A stretch of 64,000 bases of DNA from Squalus acanthias (taxonomy: Eukaryota): NCBI GenBank assembly GCA_030390025.1, contig CM059431.1:98024001-98088000 (forward strand), written 5' to 3'. The position numbers and the translations under genes are program-made. The first letter of the stretch is position 1. Each line of letters starts with the position of its first letter. Of the stretch, positions 38,134-50,100 are shown piece after piece. Under the pieces are notes generated by a model that was given only the letters and a program-made list of their open reading frames with translations, did no database searches and was not told the DNA's origin.

Positions 38134-39294
38134 CTAGAAGCGGCTTGCTATCAGCCGTTGATGGACGGCCCTTGCAGTTTCACCATTGTGGGCTGCCCTC
38201 CCGCCTTGGTGCTGCTGATGATCATCCTCCTCGTCCTCTTCCTCCTCTTCCTCCTCCTCCTCTGGTGGTGCGCCAAGGCCTGGTGGCATTGGCTGGGTCC
38301 TGACGATTGCCATGTTATGCAACATGCAGCACACAACTACGAAGTTGGATACTCGCTCAGGCGAGTACTGCAGGGCTCCTCCAGAATGGTCGAGACAGCG
38401 GAACCGTTGCTTCAGCACGCCGATTGTGCGCTCAATGATGTTCCTGGTAGCTTGATGGCTCTCGTTGTACCGCAGCTCAGCAGGGGTGTTGGGCGTACGG
38501 AGCGGTGTCATCAGCCAGGTGCTCAATGGATACCCCTTGTCCCCGAGAAGCCAACCAACTGGCTGATGCGGTGCCTCGAAAAGTTCTGCCACAGTAGTCT
38601 GGCGCAGGATGAAAGCATCGTGGCAGCTGCCAGGATAGTGGGCATTGACAGCGAGTATCAGCTGTCTGTGGTCACAGACCAACTGAACATTCAAGGAATG
38701 GAACCCCTTTCTGTTCCGGAATTCCTCGGCATTCTCATGTGGAGCACGCAAAGCCACATGCATGCAGTCAATGGCGCCCTGCACCATGGGGAAGCCCGCT
38801 ATCCTCGCAAAGCCCAGAGCACGGTCACGCTGCTTGTCTAGGGTCATGGGGAAAGAGATGAACTCTCGTCTCCTTTTAAAGAGGGCATTTGTGACCTGCC
38901 GGATGCAGCAATGCACCGCGAACTGGGAGATATTGGCGAGGTCCCCAGCAGCAGCTTGAAATGAGCCAGTAGCATAGAAGTTGAGAGCCACTGTGACCTT
39001 CACTGCCACCGACAGAGACGTCCTGGACCTCAGTTGAGGCTGCAGATCTGGCTGCAGCAGGTGGCAGAGCTCAGTGACCACCTCCTTGCTGAATCGCAGC
39101 CTTCGCAAACACAGCTCCTCAGACATATGAATGTAGGAGAGCTGTTCATGATATACCCTGGGAGGGTAAGCTCTCCTGTACAGACGCCTGTTGGCCCTCC
39201 TCCGTCTGGCCATCATTGCCACTCTCTCTCTGCGTCTCTGTGTCCTCCGATTCAGCTGGAGCAGGACGACGCCCCCATTCAGTGCAGCCCCCAT
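38134..39294 (-). CDS. Harbinger DDE transposase (HARBI1-related family), 386 aa
   Basis: Motifs GAIDCMHV, NRKGFHSLNVQLVCD, PGSCHD, LLGDKGY, IERTIGVLKQRFRCL and acidic C-terminal tract. Start Met chosen by alignment with copy 2. Confidence 0.95.
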   Translation of the reverse strand: MGAALNGGVVLLQLNRRTQRRRERVAMMARRRRANRRLYRRAYPPRVYHEQLSYIHMSEELCLRRLRFSKEVVTELCHLLQPDLQPQLRSRTSLSVAVKVTVALNFYATGSFQAAAGDLANISQFAVHCCIRQVTNALFKRRREFISFPMTLDKQRDRALGFARIAGFPMVQGAIDCMHVALRAPHENAEEFRNRKGFHSLNVQLVCDHRQLILAVNAHYPGSCHDAFILRQTTVAELFEAPHQPVGWLLGDKGYPLSTWLMTPLRTPNTPAELRYNESHQATRNIIERTIGVLKQRFRCLDHSGGALQYSPERVSNFVVVCCMLHNMAIVRTQPMPPGLGAPPEEEEEEEEEDEEDDHQQHQGGRAAHNGETARAVHQRLIASRF

Positions 39295-39479
39295 AGTCTC
39301 TTTGCAAGCAAAGTTATGAAGGACAGCAACCAAAGTACCAGCGAAGTTAGGATCAGTAGGCAAAACTACCTCACAAAGCGTTGACTCAATGCAGAAGTCT
39401 CTCTTTCTCTCTCTCCGAATCTCTCTCTCTCTCTCAGAACGAGTGGTGCAAAAATGTCAACCACAGAAAAAGACAGGAA

Positions 39480-39640
39480 GAGGCCCCCTTTAAATAGCGC
39501 CCCCCCCCCAGCCCCACAGCGATTGATAGCGTTCCAGTCTTCCGGTCGTTGGATGCGCCAGGCGGTAAGGCAGGGGGCGCCACTCAATTTCCGCTCCGGG
39601 GCGCCACAAGGGCGTTGCACCATGGAATGACGTCACAATC
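39480..39640 (-). promoter_or_regulatory. Putative transposase promoter (TATA-like CTATTTAAA on minus ~39489-39497; palindromic CRE TGACGTCA 39628-39635)
   Basis: Both motifs lie 200-340 bp upstream of the transposase ATG and are conserved in copy 2 (CRE at 59358-59365). Function is inferred only. Confidence 0.4.
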
Positions 39641-39926
39641 TGCGCGCGCAGGTGGTCGCGGCGGTAAAGTTTAGCGCCGCCGCACAATGTCTAGTTAATT
39701 TCCCGAGCGGCGCAAACATCGCTGCGCCCGGGCGCTAGCGGCTTTGCGCCCCATTAGCGCCCTCTTAAGGCGCTAACGGGAGGCCCAACCAACTGAATTT
39801 TTCCCCCATCGTGTGCTCCAGCCCACAGCTCTCATCTCCCTTCAGGGTGTTCCTCCCTCCCCAGCCTGAAAATAGCTTAAAATTAGTTTTAGATTAAATA
39901 ATTCGAGTTATTCGAACTCGCTCCCC

Positions 39927-40452
39927 ACAACACACACACACGCGCGCAAACGCACACACACACGCACGCGAATATATACACACACACGCAAACGCACACA
40001 CTCGCACACACGCACACACGCACACGTGCAAATGCACGCACACGTGCAAACACACACACATATGCACGCACACACATGTACGCGAACACACACTGTACGC
40101 GAACACACACATGCACACACATGTGCAAACACATACACATGCATGTGAACAGACAGGCGCAAACGGACACACATGTGCAAACGCACACACACACAAACAC
40201 ACATGCACAAATGCACACACACGCCCACGCAAACACGCACACATGCACACGCACACACATGCAAACACATGCACACACACACGCGCACACACATGCATGC
40301 GAACACACACACACATGCACAAACGCACACATATGCATGCACGCAAACACACACACACATGCACGCAAACATATGCATACGCGCGCACAAACACGTGTAC
40401 ACACCCGCTCACACAGACTCGCATGCAGGCACATTCGCACGCACACTTGCAC
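39927..40452. repeat. Imperfect (CA)n/(GCAC)n microsatellite
   Basis: Alternating purine-pyrimidine tract of ~520 bp. Confidence 0.96.
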
Positions 40453-40455
40453 GTG

Positions 40456-40670
40456 TCCCCGGTGCCCTGGCCAATATTTATCCTTTAACCAACATCACTG
40501 AAACAGATGATCTGGTCAGTTATCTGATTGCTGTTTGTGGGAGCCTGCTCTTGGCAAAGTGGCTGTTGTGTTTCCCACTTCAAACCAAGTACCTCATTGG
40601 CTGTAATGTGCTTTGGGACTTCCTGAGGTTGCGAAAGGTGCTTTATAAATGCGAGTCTGTCTTTCTTTTA
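40456..40670 (+). mobile_element. Deu-SINE 3' fragment
   Basis: CCCCGGTGCCCTGGCCAATATTTATCC...CTCATTGGCTGTAATGTGCTTTGGGAC...GTCTTTCTTT. Confidence 0.8.
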
Positions 40671-43600
40671 CCTATCTAATAAGCCTCATCAATTGCAGCT
40701 CACAGTTAGCACATTTACCCCAGTGTAGTGCCCCAGTATTCCCACACCAACCTGCTCCTCTATAAGGATTGTCTGTGTAGACCGAATCCAAACATAGAAT
40801 TCCAATGCACAAAATCATCCCATTGTTCCGAGACATAACTTCTCAATGAACCACGACTGGAACCTTTCCTGGGCTTGTTTTGTGTGTTGCCATGCTCAGT
40901 TTGGCCAGCCTGGGAATGGCCTCTTAATACAGCTTCTTAAAGGTTGTACTTTGTTTAATCAAGTACATTGAGCTATATAACAAGTGATTAAATGGGTTAA
41001 CTTACAAATCTTGCCAATGGATTGCATTAGTCTAGTCCAAACCCGCTCCCTGTACAAAACCCGATGAGCTTGCTATGGCACTGGGCGAGATCCAGTTATA
41101 TCACATTGAAGGAGCGTGGCTTTTGTGACACTGCGTTCCGCGCTTATTTCATTTGTTTCCAAACACACACTTGCATCACATTGACCTCTGTATGTGGCAT
41201 CAGCACGAGACACAATACTGCGGCTACTGGCCCCTCCCCAAACATAGAGAGTGGGTGGAAAGAGATTGGCCAGTGAGAGCAGTCACGGAATATCTCCATC
41301 CCGCTCCTTCCATCGAAGGAAACAAGCGCAAGGAAAGCCAAACTACTTTCATATATCACATTTCTTGGCAACATCACCCGGTTTAGTGGCAACCAGGGCC
41401 TCTCTCGTGGGATTGAAAGTCTTTGGCGGGGGGAGAGTGCAGGTGTGTGGAGGCTGTAACTGAGTGAGACGCCCAGCCAGTGAGCTGTTCTGAGACCAGC
41501 ACTCGTCTCACCCACTGACTGTTGTTATTGAAGATCAGACAGCTGTTTGTCTCACTGAACATGGGCCAAGCAGGGAAAAGGGCCTCGCAGAGACCACAGT
41601 TACCTCCAGTCAGTATAGGGAACAAGATATAGATTCACAACGAGAGCAGGTCCTGCTGTATAGAACAATCGCAAACCAGCGGCCTGTCGAGTAAAGGAAA
41701 TGCTCCTCACCAAATATCCAGCACATTGACGGAGGAGGTCAACACGAGAGACATAGATCCCAGCATGCACTGGGCAACCGCCAAGGTGGCCATGACTGTC
41801 GATAAAAAACTCACTTTCAAACACCTGAGAGTGACTGACAGGCTGGAGAGAGAGAGGACTAAGGGAGAGAGGTGACTAAGGGACAGAGGAGACTAAGGGA
41901 GAGAGGAGACTAAGGGAGATGGGAGATTAAGGGAGAGAGGGGACTAAGGGAGAGAGGAGACTAAGGGAGAGAGGAGACTTAGGGAGAGAAGGGACTAAGG
42001 GAGAGAGGAGACTAAGAGAGAGAGGAGACTAAGGGAGAGAGGGGACTAAGGGAGAGAGGGGACTAAGAGAGAGAGGGGACTAAGGGAGAGAGGGGACTAA
42101 GAGAGAGAGGTGACTAAGAGAGAGAGGAGACTAAGGGAGAGAGGAGACTAAGGGAGAGAGGAAACTAAGGGAGAGAGGAGACTAAGGGAGAGAGGAGACT
42201 AAGGGAGAGAGGAGATTAAGAGAGAGAGGAGACTAAGGGAGAGAGGAGACTAAGGGAGAGAGGAGACTAAGGGATAGAGGAGACTAAGAGAGAGAGTAGA
42301 CTAAGGGAGGGAGGTGACTAAGGGAGAGAGGGGACTAAGAGAGAGCGGAGACTAAGGGAGAGAGGGGACTAAGAGAGAGAGGAGACTAAGAGAGAGAGGA
42401 GACTAAGAGAGAGAGGAGACTAAGGAGAGAGGAGACTTAGGGAGAGAGGAGACTAAGGGAGAGAGTAGACTTAGGGAGAGAGGAGATTAAGGGAGAGAGG
42501 AGTCTAAGGGAGAGAGATAACGAAGAGAGACAGGGGACTAAGAGAGAGAGGAGACTAAGGGGGAGAGGAGACTAAGAGAGAGAGGAGACTAAGGGAGAGA
42601 GGAGACTTAGGGAGAGAGGAGACTAAGAGAGAGAGGTGACTAGGAGAGAGAAGAGTCTAAGAGAGAGAGGAGACTTAGGGAGAGAGGAGACTAAGAGAGA
42701 GAGAGGTGACTAAGAGAGAGAGTAGACTAAGGGAGGGAGGTGACCAGGGGAGAGAGGAGACTAAGAGAGAGAGGAGACTAAGAGAGAGAGAGGAGACTAA
42801 GAGAGAGATGAGACTGAGGGAGAGAGGAGACTAAGGGAGAGAGGAGACTAAGGGAGAGAGGAGACTAAGGGAGAGAGGAGACTAAGAGAGAGAGCTGACT
42901 AAGACAGAGAGTAGACTAAGGGAGGGAGGTGACTAGGGGAGAGAGGACACTAAGAGAGAGAGGAGACTAAGAGAGAGAGGAGACTAAGAGAGAGAGGAGA
43001 CTTAGGAGAGAGGAGACTAAGAGAGAGAGGAGACTGAGGGAGAGAGAAGACTGAGGGAGAGAGGAGACTAAGGGAGAGAGGAGACTTAGGGAGAGAGGAG
43101 ACTAAGAGAGAGAGGAGACTGAGGGAGAGAGGAGACTAAGGGAGAGAGGAGACTAAGGGAGAGAGGAGACTAAGGGAGAGAGGAGACTGAGGGAGAGAGG
43201 AGACTGAGGGAGAGAGGGGACTAAGGGAGAGAGGAGACTAAGGGAGAGAGGAGACTAAGAGAGAGAGCTGACTAAGACAGAGAGTAGACTAAGGGAGGGA
43301 GGTGACTAGGGGAGAGAGGACACTAAGAGAGAGAGGAGACTAAGAGAGAGAGGAGACTAAGAGAGAGAGGAGACTTAGGGAGAGAGGAGACTAAGAGAGA
43401 GAGGAGACTGAGGGAGAGAGAAGACTGAGGGAGAGAGGAGACTAAGGGAGAGAAGAGACTTAGGGAGAGAGGAGACTAAGAGAGAGAGGAGACTGAGGGA
43501 GAGAGGAGACTAAGGGAGAGAGGAGACTAAGGGAGAGAGGAGACTAAGGGAGAGAGGAGACTGAGGGAGAGAGGAGACTGAGGGAGAGAGGGGACTAAGG

Positions 43601-43788
43601 GAGAGAGGAGACTAAGGGAGAGAGGTGACTTAGGGAGAGAGGAGACTAAGAGAGAGAGGAGACTGAGGGAGAGAGGAGACTAAGGGAGAGAGGAGACTAA
43701 GGGAGAGAGGAGACTAAGGGAGAGAGGAGACTAAGAGAGAGAGGAGACTAAGAGAGAGAGGAGACTTAGGGAGAGAGGGGACTAAGAG

Positions 43789-44235
43789 AGAACATAAGAA
43801 CATAAGAACATAAGAAATAGGAGCAGGAGTAGGCCAATCGGCCCCTCGAGCCTGCTCCGCCATTCAATAAGATCATGGCTGATCTGATGCTAATCGCCAA
43901 TCTACTATCTACTATCACAGAACCATCTCCTGCATCTAACAGAATTGCACACACGAAATAGGAGCAGAATCAGGCTACACGGTCCCTGGGCCCGCTCCAC
44001 TACCCACAGGGCCATGACCGATCCGAACCTAGACTCATGTCCAAATTCCTGCCCGTTCCCCGTAACCCTTAATGCCCTTTACTTCTAGGAAACTGTCTAT
44101 TTCTGTTTTAAATTTATTTAATGATGTAGCTTCTACAGCTTTTTATGGCAGCATATTCCATGGACCTACCACCCTCTGAGTGAAGTAGTTCATCCTCATC
44201 TCAGTTTTGAAAGAGCAGCCCCTTATTCTAAGACT
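43789..44235 (-). mobile_element. CR1 3' end inserted in satellite, copy A
   Basis: (AGAACATA)x3 tail, AATAGGAGCAGGAGTAGGCC, and ORF2 end ACCACCCTCTGAGTGAAG...CCCCTTATTCTAAGACT. Confidence 0.88.
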
Positions 44236-46699
44236 AAGAGAGAGAGGTGACTAAGAGAGAGAGGAGACTAAGGGAGAGAGGGGACTAAGAGAGAGAGGAG
44301 ACTCAGGGAGAGTGGTGACTAAGGGATAGAGGAGACTTAGGGAGAGAGGAGACTAAGAGAGAGAGGAGACTAAGAGAGAGAGGAAACTCAGGGAAAGAGG
44401 GAACTAAGAGAGAGAGGAGACTAAGAGAGAGAGAGGAGACTAAGGGAGAGAGGAGACTTAGGGAGAGAGGAGACTAAGAGAGAGAGGAGACTGAGGGAGA
44501 GAGGAGACTAAGGGAGAGAGGAGACTAAGGGAGAGAGGAGACTGAGGGAGAGAGGAGACTTAGGGAGAGAGGAGACTAAGGGAGAGAGGAGACTTAGGGA
44601 GAGAGGAGACTAAGAGAGAGAGGAGACGAAGGGGGAGTGGGGACTAAGGGAGAGAGGAGACTGAGGGAGAGAGGAGACTAAGGGAGAGAGGAGACTTAGG
44701 GAGAGAGGAGACTAAGAGAGAGAGGGGACTAAGGGAGAGAGGAGACTAAGAGAGAGAGGAGACTAAGAGAGAGAGGAGACTGAGGGAGAGAGGAGACTTA
44801 GGGAGAGAGGAGACTAAGGGAGAGAGGAGACTTAGGGAGAGAGGAGACTAAGAGAGAGAGGAGACTAAGAGAGAGAGGAGACTGAGGGAGAGAGGAGACT
44901 AAGGGAGAGAGGTGACTAAGAGAGAGAGGTGACTAAGGGAGAGAGGAGACTAAGAGAGAGAGGAGACTTAGGGAGAGAGGAGACTAAGGGAGAGAGGAGA
45001 CTAAGAGAGAGAGGAGACTAAGGGAGAGAGGAGACTAAGGGAGAGAGGAGACTAAGGGAGAGAGGAGACTAAGAGAGAGAGAGGAGACTTAGGGAGAGAG
45101 GAGACTAAGGGAGAGAGGTGACTAAGAGAGAGAGGAGACTAAGAGAGAGAGAGGTGACTAAGGGAGAGAGGAGACTAAGGGAGAGAGGAGACTAAGGGAG
45201 AGAGTAGACTGAGGGAGAGAGGAGACTTAGGGAGAGAGGAGACTAAGGGAGAGAGGAGACTTAGGGAGAGAGGAGACTAAGAGAGAGAGGGGACTAAGGG
45301 AGAGAGGAGACTATGGGAGAGAGGAGACTAAGAGAGAGAGGTGACTAAGGAAGAGAGGGGACTAAGGGAGAGAGTAGACTTAGGGAGAGAGGAGACTAAT
45401 AGAGAGAGGGGACTAAGGGAGAGAGGAGACTTAGGGAGAGAGGGGACTAAGAGAGAGCGGAGACTAAGGGAGAGAGGGCACTAAGAGAGAGAGGAGACTA
45501 AGAGAGAGAGAGGAGACTAAGGAGAGAGGAGACTTAGGGAGAGAGGAGACTAAGGCAGAGAGTAGACTTAGGGAGAGAGGAGATTAAGAGAGAGAGGAGA
45601 CTAAGGGAGAGAGGGGACGAAGAGAGACAGGGGACTAAGAGAGAGAGGAGACTAAGGGAGAGAGGAGACTAAGAGAGAGAGGAGACTAAGGGAGAGAGGA
45701 GACTTACGGAGAGAGGAGACTAAGAGAGAGAGGTGACTAAGAGAGGGAAGAGTCTAAGAGAGAGAGGAGACTTAGGGAGAGAGGAGACTTAGAGAGAGAG
45801 AGGTGACTAAGAGAGAGAGTAGACTAAGGGAGGGAGGTGACCAGGGGAGAGAGGAGACTAAGAGAGAGAGGAGACTAAGAGAGAGAGAGGAGACTAAGAG
45901 AGAGAGGAGACTGAGGGAGAGAGGAGACTAAGGGAGAGAGGAGACTAAGGGAGAGAGGAGACTAAGAGAGAGAGGAGACTGAGGGAGAGAGGAGACTGAG
46001 GGAGAGAGGAGACTAAGGGAGAGAGGAGACTAAGGGAGAGAGGAGACTAAGGGAGAGAGCTGACTAAGACAGAGAGTAGACTAAGGGAGGGAGGTGACTA
46101 GGGGAGAGAGGACACTAAGAGAGAGAGGAGACTAAGAGAGAGAGGAGACTAAGAGAGAGAGGAGACTTAGGGAGAGAGGAGACTAAGAGAGAGAGGAGAC
46201 TGAGGGAGAGAGGAGACTGAGGGAGAGAGGAGACTAAGGGAGAGAGGAGTCTTAGGGAGAGAGGAGACTAAGAGAGAGAGGAGACTGAGGGAGAGAGGAG
46301 ACTGAGGGAGAGAGGGGACTAAGGGAGAGAGGAGACTAAGGGAGAGAGGAGACTTAGGGAGAGAGGAGACTAAGAGAGAGAGGAGACTGAGGGAGAGAGG
46401 AGACTGAGGGAGAGAGGAGACTAAGGGAGAGAGGAGACTTAGGGAGAGAGGGGACTAAGGGAGAGAGGAGACTAAGGGAGAGAGGAGACTGAGGGAGAGA
46501 GGGGACTAAGGGAGAGAGGAGACTAAGGGAGAGAGGAGACTTAGGGAGAGAGGAGACTAAGAGAGAGAGGAGACTGAGGGAGAGAGGAGACTAAGGGAGA
46601 GAGGAGACTAAGGGAGAGAGGAGACTAAGGGAGAGAGGAGACTAAGAGAGAGAGGAGACTAAGAGAGAGAGGAGACTTAGGGAGAGAGGGGACTAAGAG

Positions 46700-47146
46700 A
46701 GAACATAAGAACATAAGAACATAAGAAATAGGAGCAGGAGTAGGCCAATCGGCCCCTCGAGCCTGCTCCGCCATTCAATAAGATCATGGCTGATCTGATC
46801 CTAATCGCCAATCTACTATCTACTATCACAGAACCATCTCCTGCATCTAACAGAATTGCACACACGAAATAGGAGCAGAATAAGGCTACACGGTCCCTGG
46901 GCCCGCTCCACTACCCACAGGGCCATGACCGATCCGAACCAAGACTCATGTCCAAATTCCTGCCCGCTCCCCGTAACCCTTAATGCCCTTTACTTCCAGG
47001 AAACTGTCTATTTCTGTTTTAAATTTATTTAATGATGTAGCTTCTACAGCTTTTTGTGGCAGCATATTCCATGGACCTACCACCCTCAGAGTGAAGTAGT
47101 TCCTCCTCATCTCAGTTTTGAAAGAGCAGCCCCTTATTCTAAGACT
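46700..47146 (-). mobile_element. CR1 3' end inserted in satellite, copy B (duplicate of A)
   Basis: Same breakpoints and flanking satellite variants as copy A, offset 2911 bp, ~8 substitutions. Confidence 0.88.
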
Positions 47147-50100
47147 AAGAGAGAGAGGTGACTAAGAGAGAGAGGAGACTAAGGGAGAGAGGGGACTAAG
47201 AGAGAGAGGAGACTCAGGGAGAGTGGTGACTAAGGGATAGAGGAGACTTAGGGAGAGAGGAGACTAAGAGAGAGAGGAGACTAAGAGAGAGAGGAAACTC
47301 AGGGAAAGAGGGAACTAAGAGAGAGAGGAGACTAAGAGAGAGAGGAGACTAAGGGAGAGAGGAGACTAAGGGGGAGAGGGGACTAAGGGAGAGAGTAGAC
47401 TTAGGGAGAGAGGAGACTAAGAGAGAGAGGGGACTAAGGGAGAGAGGAGACTTAGGGAGAGCGGAGACTAAGAGAGAGAGGGGACTAAGGGAGAGAGGAG
47501 ACTAAGAGAGAGAGGAGAATAAGGGAGAGAGAAGACTGAGGGAGAGAGGAGACTTAGGGAGAGAGGAGACTAAGGGAGAGAGGAGACTTAGGGAGAGAGG
47601 AGACTAAGAGAGAGAGAGGGGACTAATGGAGAGAGGAGACTAAGGGAGAGAGGAGACTTAGAGAGAGAGGTGACTAAGGGAGAGAGGGGACTAAGGGAGA
47701 GAGGAGACTAAGAGAGAGAGAGGACTAAGGGAGAGAGGAGACTAAGAGAGAGAGGGGACTGAGGGAGAGAGGAGACTAAGGGAGAGAGGAGACTGAGGGA
47801 GAGAGGAGACTTAGGGAGAGAGGAGACTAAGGGAGAGAGGAGACTTAGGGAGAGAGGTGACTAAGAGAGAGAGGGGACTAAGGGAGAGAGGAGACTAAGA
47901 GAGAGAGGAGACTAAGGGAGAGAGTAGACTGAGGGAGAGAGGAGACTTAGGGAGAGAGGAGACTAAGGGAGAGAGGAGACTTAGGGAGAGAGGAGACTAA
48001 GAGAGAGAGGGGACTAAGGGAGAGAGGAGACTTAGAGAGAGAGGAGACTAAGAGAGAGAGGAGACTAAGAGAGAGAGGGGACTAAGGGAGAGAGGAGACT
48101 AAGAGAGAGAGGAGACTAAGAGAGAGAGGAGACTAAGGGAGAGAGGTGACTAAGAGAGAGAGAGGAGACTAAGGGAGAGAGGAGACTAAGGGAGAGAGGA
48201 GACTAAGGGAGAAAGGAGACTAAGAGAGAGAGGAGACTTAGGGAGAGAGGAGACTAAGGGAGAGAGGAGACTTAGGGAGAGAGGATACTTAGGGAGAGAG
48301 GAGACTAAGAGAGAGAGGGGACTAAGGGAGAGAGGAGACTGAGAGAGAGAGGAGACTTAGGGAGGGAGGAGACTAAGGGAGAGAGGTGACTAAGAGAGAG
48401 AGGAGACTAAGGGAGAGAGGAGACTAAGGGAGAGAGGAGACTAAGGGAGAAAGGAGACTAAGAGAGAGAGGAGACTTAGGGAGAGAGGAGACTAAGGGAG
48501 AGAGGAGACTAAGGGATAGAGTAGACTGAGGGAGAGAGGAGACTTAGGGAGAGAGGAGACTAAGGGAGAGAGGAGACTTAGGGAGAGAGGAGACTAAGAG
48601 AGAGAGGGGACTAAGGGAGAGAGGAGACTAAGGGAGAGCGGAGACTAAGAGAGAGAGGAGACTAAGGGAGAGAGGAGACTAAGAGAGAGAGGAGACTTAG
48701 GGAGAGAGGATACTTAGGGAGAGAGGAGACTAAGAGAGAGAGGGGACTAAGGGAGAGAGGAGACTTAGAGAGAGAGGAGACTAAGGGAGAGAGTAGACTG
48801 AGGGAGAGAGGAGACTTAGGGAGAGAGGAGACTAAGAGAGAGAGGGGACTAAGGGAGAGAGGAGACAAAGGGAGAGAGGAGACTTAGGGAGAGAGGAGAC
48901 TAAGGGAGAGAGGAGACTAAGAGAGTGAGTAGACTGAGGGAGAGAGGAGACTAAGGGAGAGAGGAGACTTAGGGAGAGAGGAGACTAAGGGAGAGAGGAG
49001 ACTAAGGGAGAGAGTAGTCTGAGGGAGAGAGGAGACTTAGGGAGAGAGGAGACTTAGGGAGAGAGGAGACTAAGGGAGAGAGGAGACTGAGGGAGAGAGT
49101 AGACTGAGGGAGAGAGGAGACTAAGGGAGAGAGGAGACTTAGGGAGAGAGGAGACTAAGGGAGAGAGGAGACTAAGGGAGAGAGTAGACTGAGGGAGAGA
49201 GGAGACTTAGGGAGAGAGGAGACTAAGGGAGAGAGGAGACTAAGGGAGAGAGGAGACTAATAGAGAGAGGTGACTAAGGGAGAGAGGAGACTAAGGGAGA
49301 GAGGAGACTAAGAGAGCGAGGGGACTAAGAGAGAGAGGAGACTTAGAGAGAGAGGAGACTAAGGGAGAGAGTAGACTGAGGGAGAGAGGAGACTTAGGGA
49401 GAGAGGAGACTTAGGGAGAGAGGAGACTAAGAGAGAGAGGGGACTAAGGGAGAGAGGAGACTAAGGGAGAGAGGAGACTAAGAGAGAGAGGAGACTTAGG
49501 GAGAGAGGAGACTAAGGGAGAGAGGTGACTAAGAGAGAGAGGAGATTAAGGGAGAGAGGAGACTAAGAGAGAGAGGAGACTTAGGGAGAGAGGATACTTA
49601 GGGAGAGAGGAGACTAAGAGAGAGAGGGGACTAAGGGAGAGAGGAGACTTAGAGAGAGAGGAGACTAAGGGAGAGAGTAGACTGAGGGAGAGAGGAGACT
49701 TAGGGAGAGAGGAGACTAATAGAGAGAGGGGACTAAGGGAGAGAGGAGACTTAGGGAGAGAGGAGACTAAGAGAGCGAGGGGACTAAGAGAGAGAGGAGA
49801 CTAAGAGAGAGAGGGGACGAAGAGAGAGAGGGGACTAAGGGAGAGAGGAGACTAAGGGAGAGAGGAGACTTAGGGAGAGAGGAGACTAAGAGAGAGAGGG
49901 GACTAAGGGAGAGAGGAGACTAAGGGAGAGAGGAGACTAAGAGAGAGAGGAGACTTAGGGAGAGAGGAGACTAAGGGAGAGAGGTGACTAAGAGAGAGAG
50001 GAGATTAAGGGAGAGAGGAGACTAAGAGAGAGAGGAGACTTAGGGAGAGAGGATACTTAGGGAGAGAGGAGACTAAGAGAGAGAGGGGACTAAGGGAGAG

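Larger units (their letters stand above)
35590..39807 (+). mobile_element. Full-length PIF/Harbinger DNA transposon, copy 1 (4218 bp)
   Basis: Perfect 12-bp TIR GGGGGAAAAATT / AATTTTTCCCCC. TSD ATC (35587-89, 39808-10). Two convergent genes (Myb/SANT-like and DDE transposase). Colinear with 55282-59537. Confidence 0.95.

Noticed and set aside
38029..38841. 270-aa + strand ORF with hydrophobic stretch (and 57889-58695)
   Set aside because: Antisense shadow of the transposase; the Leu-rich run mirrors the poly-Glu codons.
38134..39363. Host HARBI1 gene
   Set aside because: The ORF lies within TIRs and a TSD next to a Myb-like partner and occurs twice, so it is a transposon gene. The TTG-initiated 23-aa N-terminal extension is not open in copy 2.
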